Positions 60,951 to 64,000 of a DNA stretch of 64,000 nucleotides are shown here, in pieces. Position numbers and translations under genes: made by a program. Source of the DNA: Heterodontus francisci (Eukaryota); assembly GCF_036365525.1 (NCBI RefSeq), contig NC_090383.1:119476531-119540530 (forward strand), in the 5' to 3' direction. The notes under the pieces are model-generated. The model was given only the letters and a program-made list of their open reading frames with translations. It did not search any database and was not told the DNA's origin. Every line of letters begins with the position of its first letter. The first letter of the stretch is position 1.

Positions 60951-62549
60951 GAGATGGGAGTCAGTGCTAATAGCTTGCCTTCCTCATTTCCCCCTCAGGC
61001 CTGTCCTGGGATGGAGCATTCTGGCCCAAGTGTGATCGGTAAAAAATGTGCGAGAATTTATAGCCCATTGCCTGATGTAACTGAGCTTCTCCCTTTTACT
61101 ACAAAGTCTGTTTGCTGCTGCATTGTCTTAACTTCCATCATTTTCCCTTGCTCTCGGTATTGAGAATATAATACAAATATATGTGTTGATGCTATTGTTG
61201 CCTGAATATAGTTTTTGTAATAATAAGTGACTGCAGCTGTACTATACCTGCCAGTTACATCTGGTTAAGTCACATACACCAATATCAGGCCTAACAGGAC
61301 AGGCCTTAGAATGTAACCACATGCACCAGTATCGGACCTGATGCAACAGGCCATAGAATTCGTAATATTAAAATTATGCCATGCATTATGTATCGCTGGA
61401 TTGCAAATGACAAACCTTTCTGTAAACCAGGCGAACATTCTGTTTGGTTTCCACCAGTGATGTGTTCTGCCATCCAATAGAGCAGGAGAAACATCCCCTC
61501 GATTTTTCTTCTCAGTTAATTTCCTGATTTGTTTTAACCTCTGTTCCTTGGCTTTTGAACCCTTCACCACACTGAACAAATTTCCTGGATCAACTTCATT
61601 GATTCTCTTCAGAGTCTTCAAAACCCCAATGACATCACCACTTAACCAAAGAAATCTCTGGTTGTGGGGGTGAATTTTCAGGGTTTCTCCACTTCCTCTT
61701 CCATAACTTTAAGGGAAAACCCCGGAACGTCCACTAAAGTTAGCCTAGTAGTGTAGGAGAAAGATGGAGGAAATCGATCCCCTAGGTGTGTGCTGTTTTT
61801 GGCACTCTTACACTTTACTCTTTAAATCATTTTCTTCCTTTTAATTTCTACTTGGAGAATGATGCCCCACATGATAGAGACTGGGCCAATCGAGCAGGAC
61901 CATTAGTCTAATCTGTACAATTATCAATCTTTTACCACAGGAAATGTCTGGTCAGTGTGTCTGGTGTATCTGTGTTCAGTTCTGGGCACTGGACGTCAGA
62001 AAGAATATACTAGCCCTGGAGAGGGTACAATGCAGTTTTAGCAGAATGTTACCAGGGCTTAAAGTGTTAAATTATAAGGACAGGTTACATGGGCCGGAGT
62101 CTCAGAATATGACATGCAGACAGAGGGGGGAATCTGCCTGGGTGCATGGCAGTTGGGAGGGAGTGGATTGGCATTATAACAGTATCAGTACACCAATGAA
62201 CTGTAAATTCAGGCAGAATGTACACTGAGCATCTGACCCTAACCTGACCTGTTCGTAGTGGCAAAATACTCTTTTCACCTTTAAGTGCTCCCCCGAATCA
62301 GAATGGATAAGTGACTCAAAGGGGTTAATGTCACTGACATTAACCCCTTTGTTCCACTTCTCTATCATCCCATGCACATTCGTCAATCTGTTCCATCACT
62401 TATTTCCTTCCTTCATGATTCTCAAAGTACTCGATGGCCTGAATGGACTCGTTTTGTGCCATAAATGACTCTATGACTCTCTGGGCTGAATTTTATTCGC
62501 GCACCGCAAATCGAGGCAGGGTGTGTTGAAGTCAGCTGTCTTCAGGCGC

Positions 62550-64000
62550 GGATGCGCTGTCACTGAGACCCCCCCCCCTCGATGACATTGAGGGGATGCG
62601 CTGTCACTGAGACCCCCCCTCGATGACATTGAGGGGATGCGCTGTCACTGAGACCCCCCCCTCGATGACATTGAGGGGATGCGCTGTCGCTGAGTCTCCC
62701 ACCCTCGATGACATTGAGGGGATGCGCTGTCGTTGAGCCCCCTCCCCCCGATGACATTGAGGGGATGCGCTGTCACTGAGCCTCCCCCCCCCGATGACAT
62801 TGAGGGGATGCGCTTTCACTGAGCCCCCCCCCCTCGATGACATTGAGGGGATGCGCTTTCACTGAGCCCCCCCCCCTCGATGACATTGAGGGGATGCGCT
62901 GTCATTGAGCCTCCCCCCCCCGATGACATTGAGGGGATGCGCTTTCACTGAGCCTCCCCCCCCCGATGACATTGAGGGGATGCGCTTTCACTGAGCCCCC
63001 CCCCCTCGATGACATTGAGGGGATGCGCTGTCGCTGAGTCTCCCCCCCTTCGATGACATTGAGGGGATGCGCTGTCATTGAGCCCCCCCCCACCGATGAC
63101 ATTGAGGGGATGCGCTGTCACTGAGCTCCCCACCTCGATGACATTGAGGGGGTGCGCTGTCGCTGAGCCCCGCCCCCCCCCCCCCCGATGACATTGAGGG
63201 GATGAGCTGTCGCTGAGCCTCCCCCCCCCGATGACATTGAGGGGATGAGCTGTCGCTGAGCTCCCCCCCCCCGATGACATTGAGGGGATGCGCTGTCATT
63301 GAGCCCCCCCCCCCGATGACATTGAGGGGATGCGCTGTCACTGAGCTCCCCCCCCCGATGACATTGAGGGGATGCGCTGTCACTGAGCTCCCCACCTCGA
63401 TGACATTGAGGGGGTGCGCTGTCGCTGAGCCCCCCTCCCCCCCGATGACATTGAGGGGATGCGCTGTCGCTGAGCCTCCCCCCCTTCGATGACATTGAGG
63501 GGATGCGCTGTCGCTGAACCCCGCCCCCCCCCCCCGATGACATTGAGGGGATGAGCTGTCGCTGAGCCCCCCCCCCTGATGACATTGAGGGGATGAGCTG
63601 TCGCTGAGCACCCCCCCCCTGATGACATTGAGGGGATGAGCTGTCGCTGAGCCCCCCCCCCTGATGACATTGAGGGGATGAGCTGTCGCTGAGCACCCCC
63701 CCCCCCCGATGACATTGAGTTGATGCGCTGTCACTGAGCCCCACCCCCTCAATGACATTGAGGGGATGCTCTGTCACTGAGCCCCCCTCCCCCTCGATGA
63801 CATTGAGGGGATGAGCTGTCGCTGAGCCCTCCCCTCCGATGACATTGAGGGGATGCGCTGTCGCTGAGCCCCCCTCCCCCTCGATGACATTGAGGGGATG
63901 CGCTGTCGCTGAGCCTCCCCCCCCCTATGACATTGAGGGGATGCGCTGTCGCTGAACCCCCCTCCCCCTCGATGACATTGAGGGGATGCGCTGTCGCTGA
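62550..64000. repeat. Minisatellite, ~42-bp unit GATGACATTGAGGGGATGCGCTGTCRCTGAG(C)n, at least 34 copies, runs off the window
   Basis: Visible array; starts ~65 bp after a Harbinger-type TIR GGGCTGAATTTT at 62483. Confidence 0.97.

Noticed and set aside
62550-64000. CRISPR-like repeat-spacer appearance and Gly-rich ORFs
   Set aside because: The spacers are only variable poly-C tracts; vertebrate context; no cas genes.

Overview
Vertebrate genomic DNA, very probably from a cartilaginous fish (inferred from the Deu-domain and V-domain SINEs together with CR1, L2, RTE, Penelope and Harbinger repeats). Genes: (1) a complete 7-exon alpha-L-fucosidase 2 (FUCA2), + strand, 15658-29360, 466 aa; (2) a probable first coding exon of PHACTR2, - strand, 9288-9384, divergent from FUCA2 as in human; (3) an unrecognised spliced - strand gene (coding exons 55505-55016 and 51510-51032, 322 aa) encoding two long coiled-coil arms joined by a short hydrophobic, Gly/Pro-containing segment, lying where PEX3 is the neighbour in human. 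Much of the rest is repeats: a decayed Harbinger with TIRs and TSD, a nested Penelope>V-SINE>RTE stack that splits a tandem array of CTCF-like motifs, a solo LTR, MITEs, Penelope-type minimal hammerhead ribozyme motifs, a ~230-bp inverted repeat, and four minisatellites (31, 33, 53 and ~42 bp units), three of which grew from inside a transposable element. All assignments come from reading the sequence and recalled family knowledge; no database search was run.
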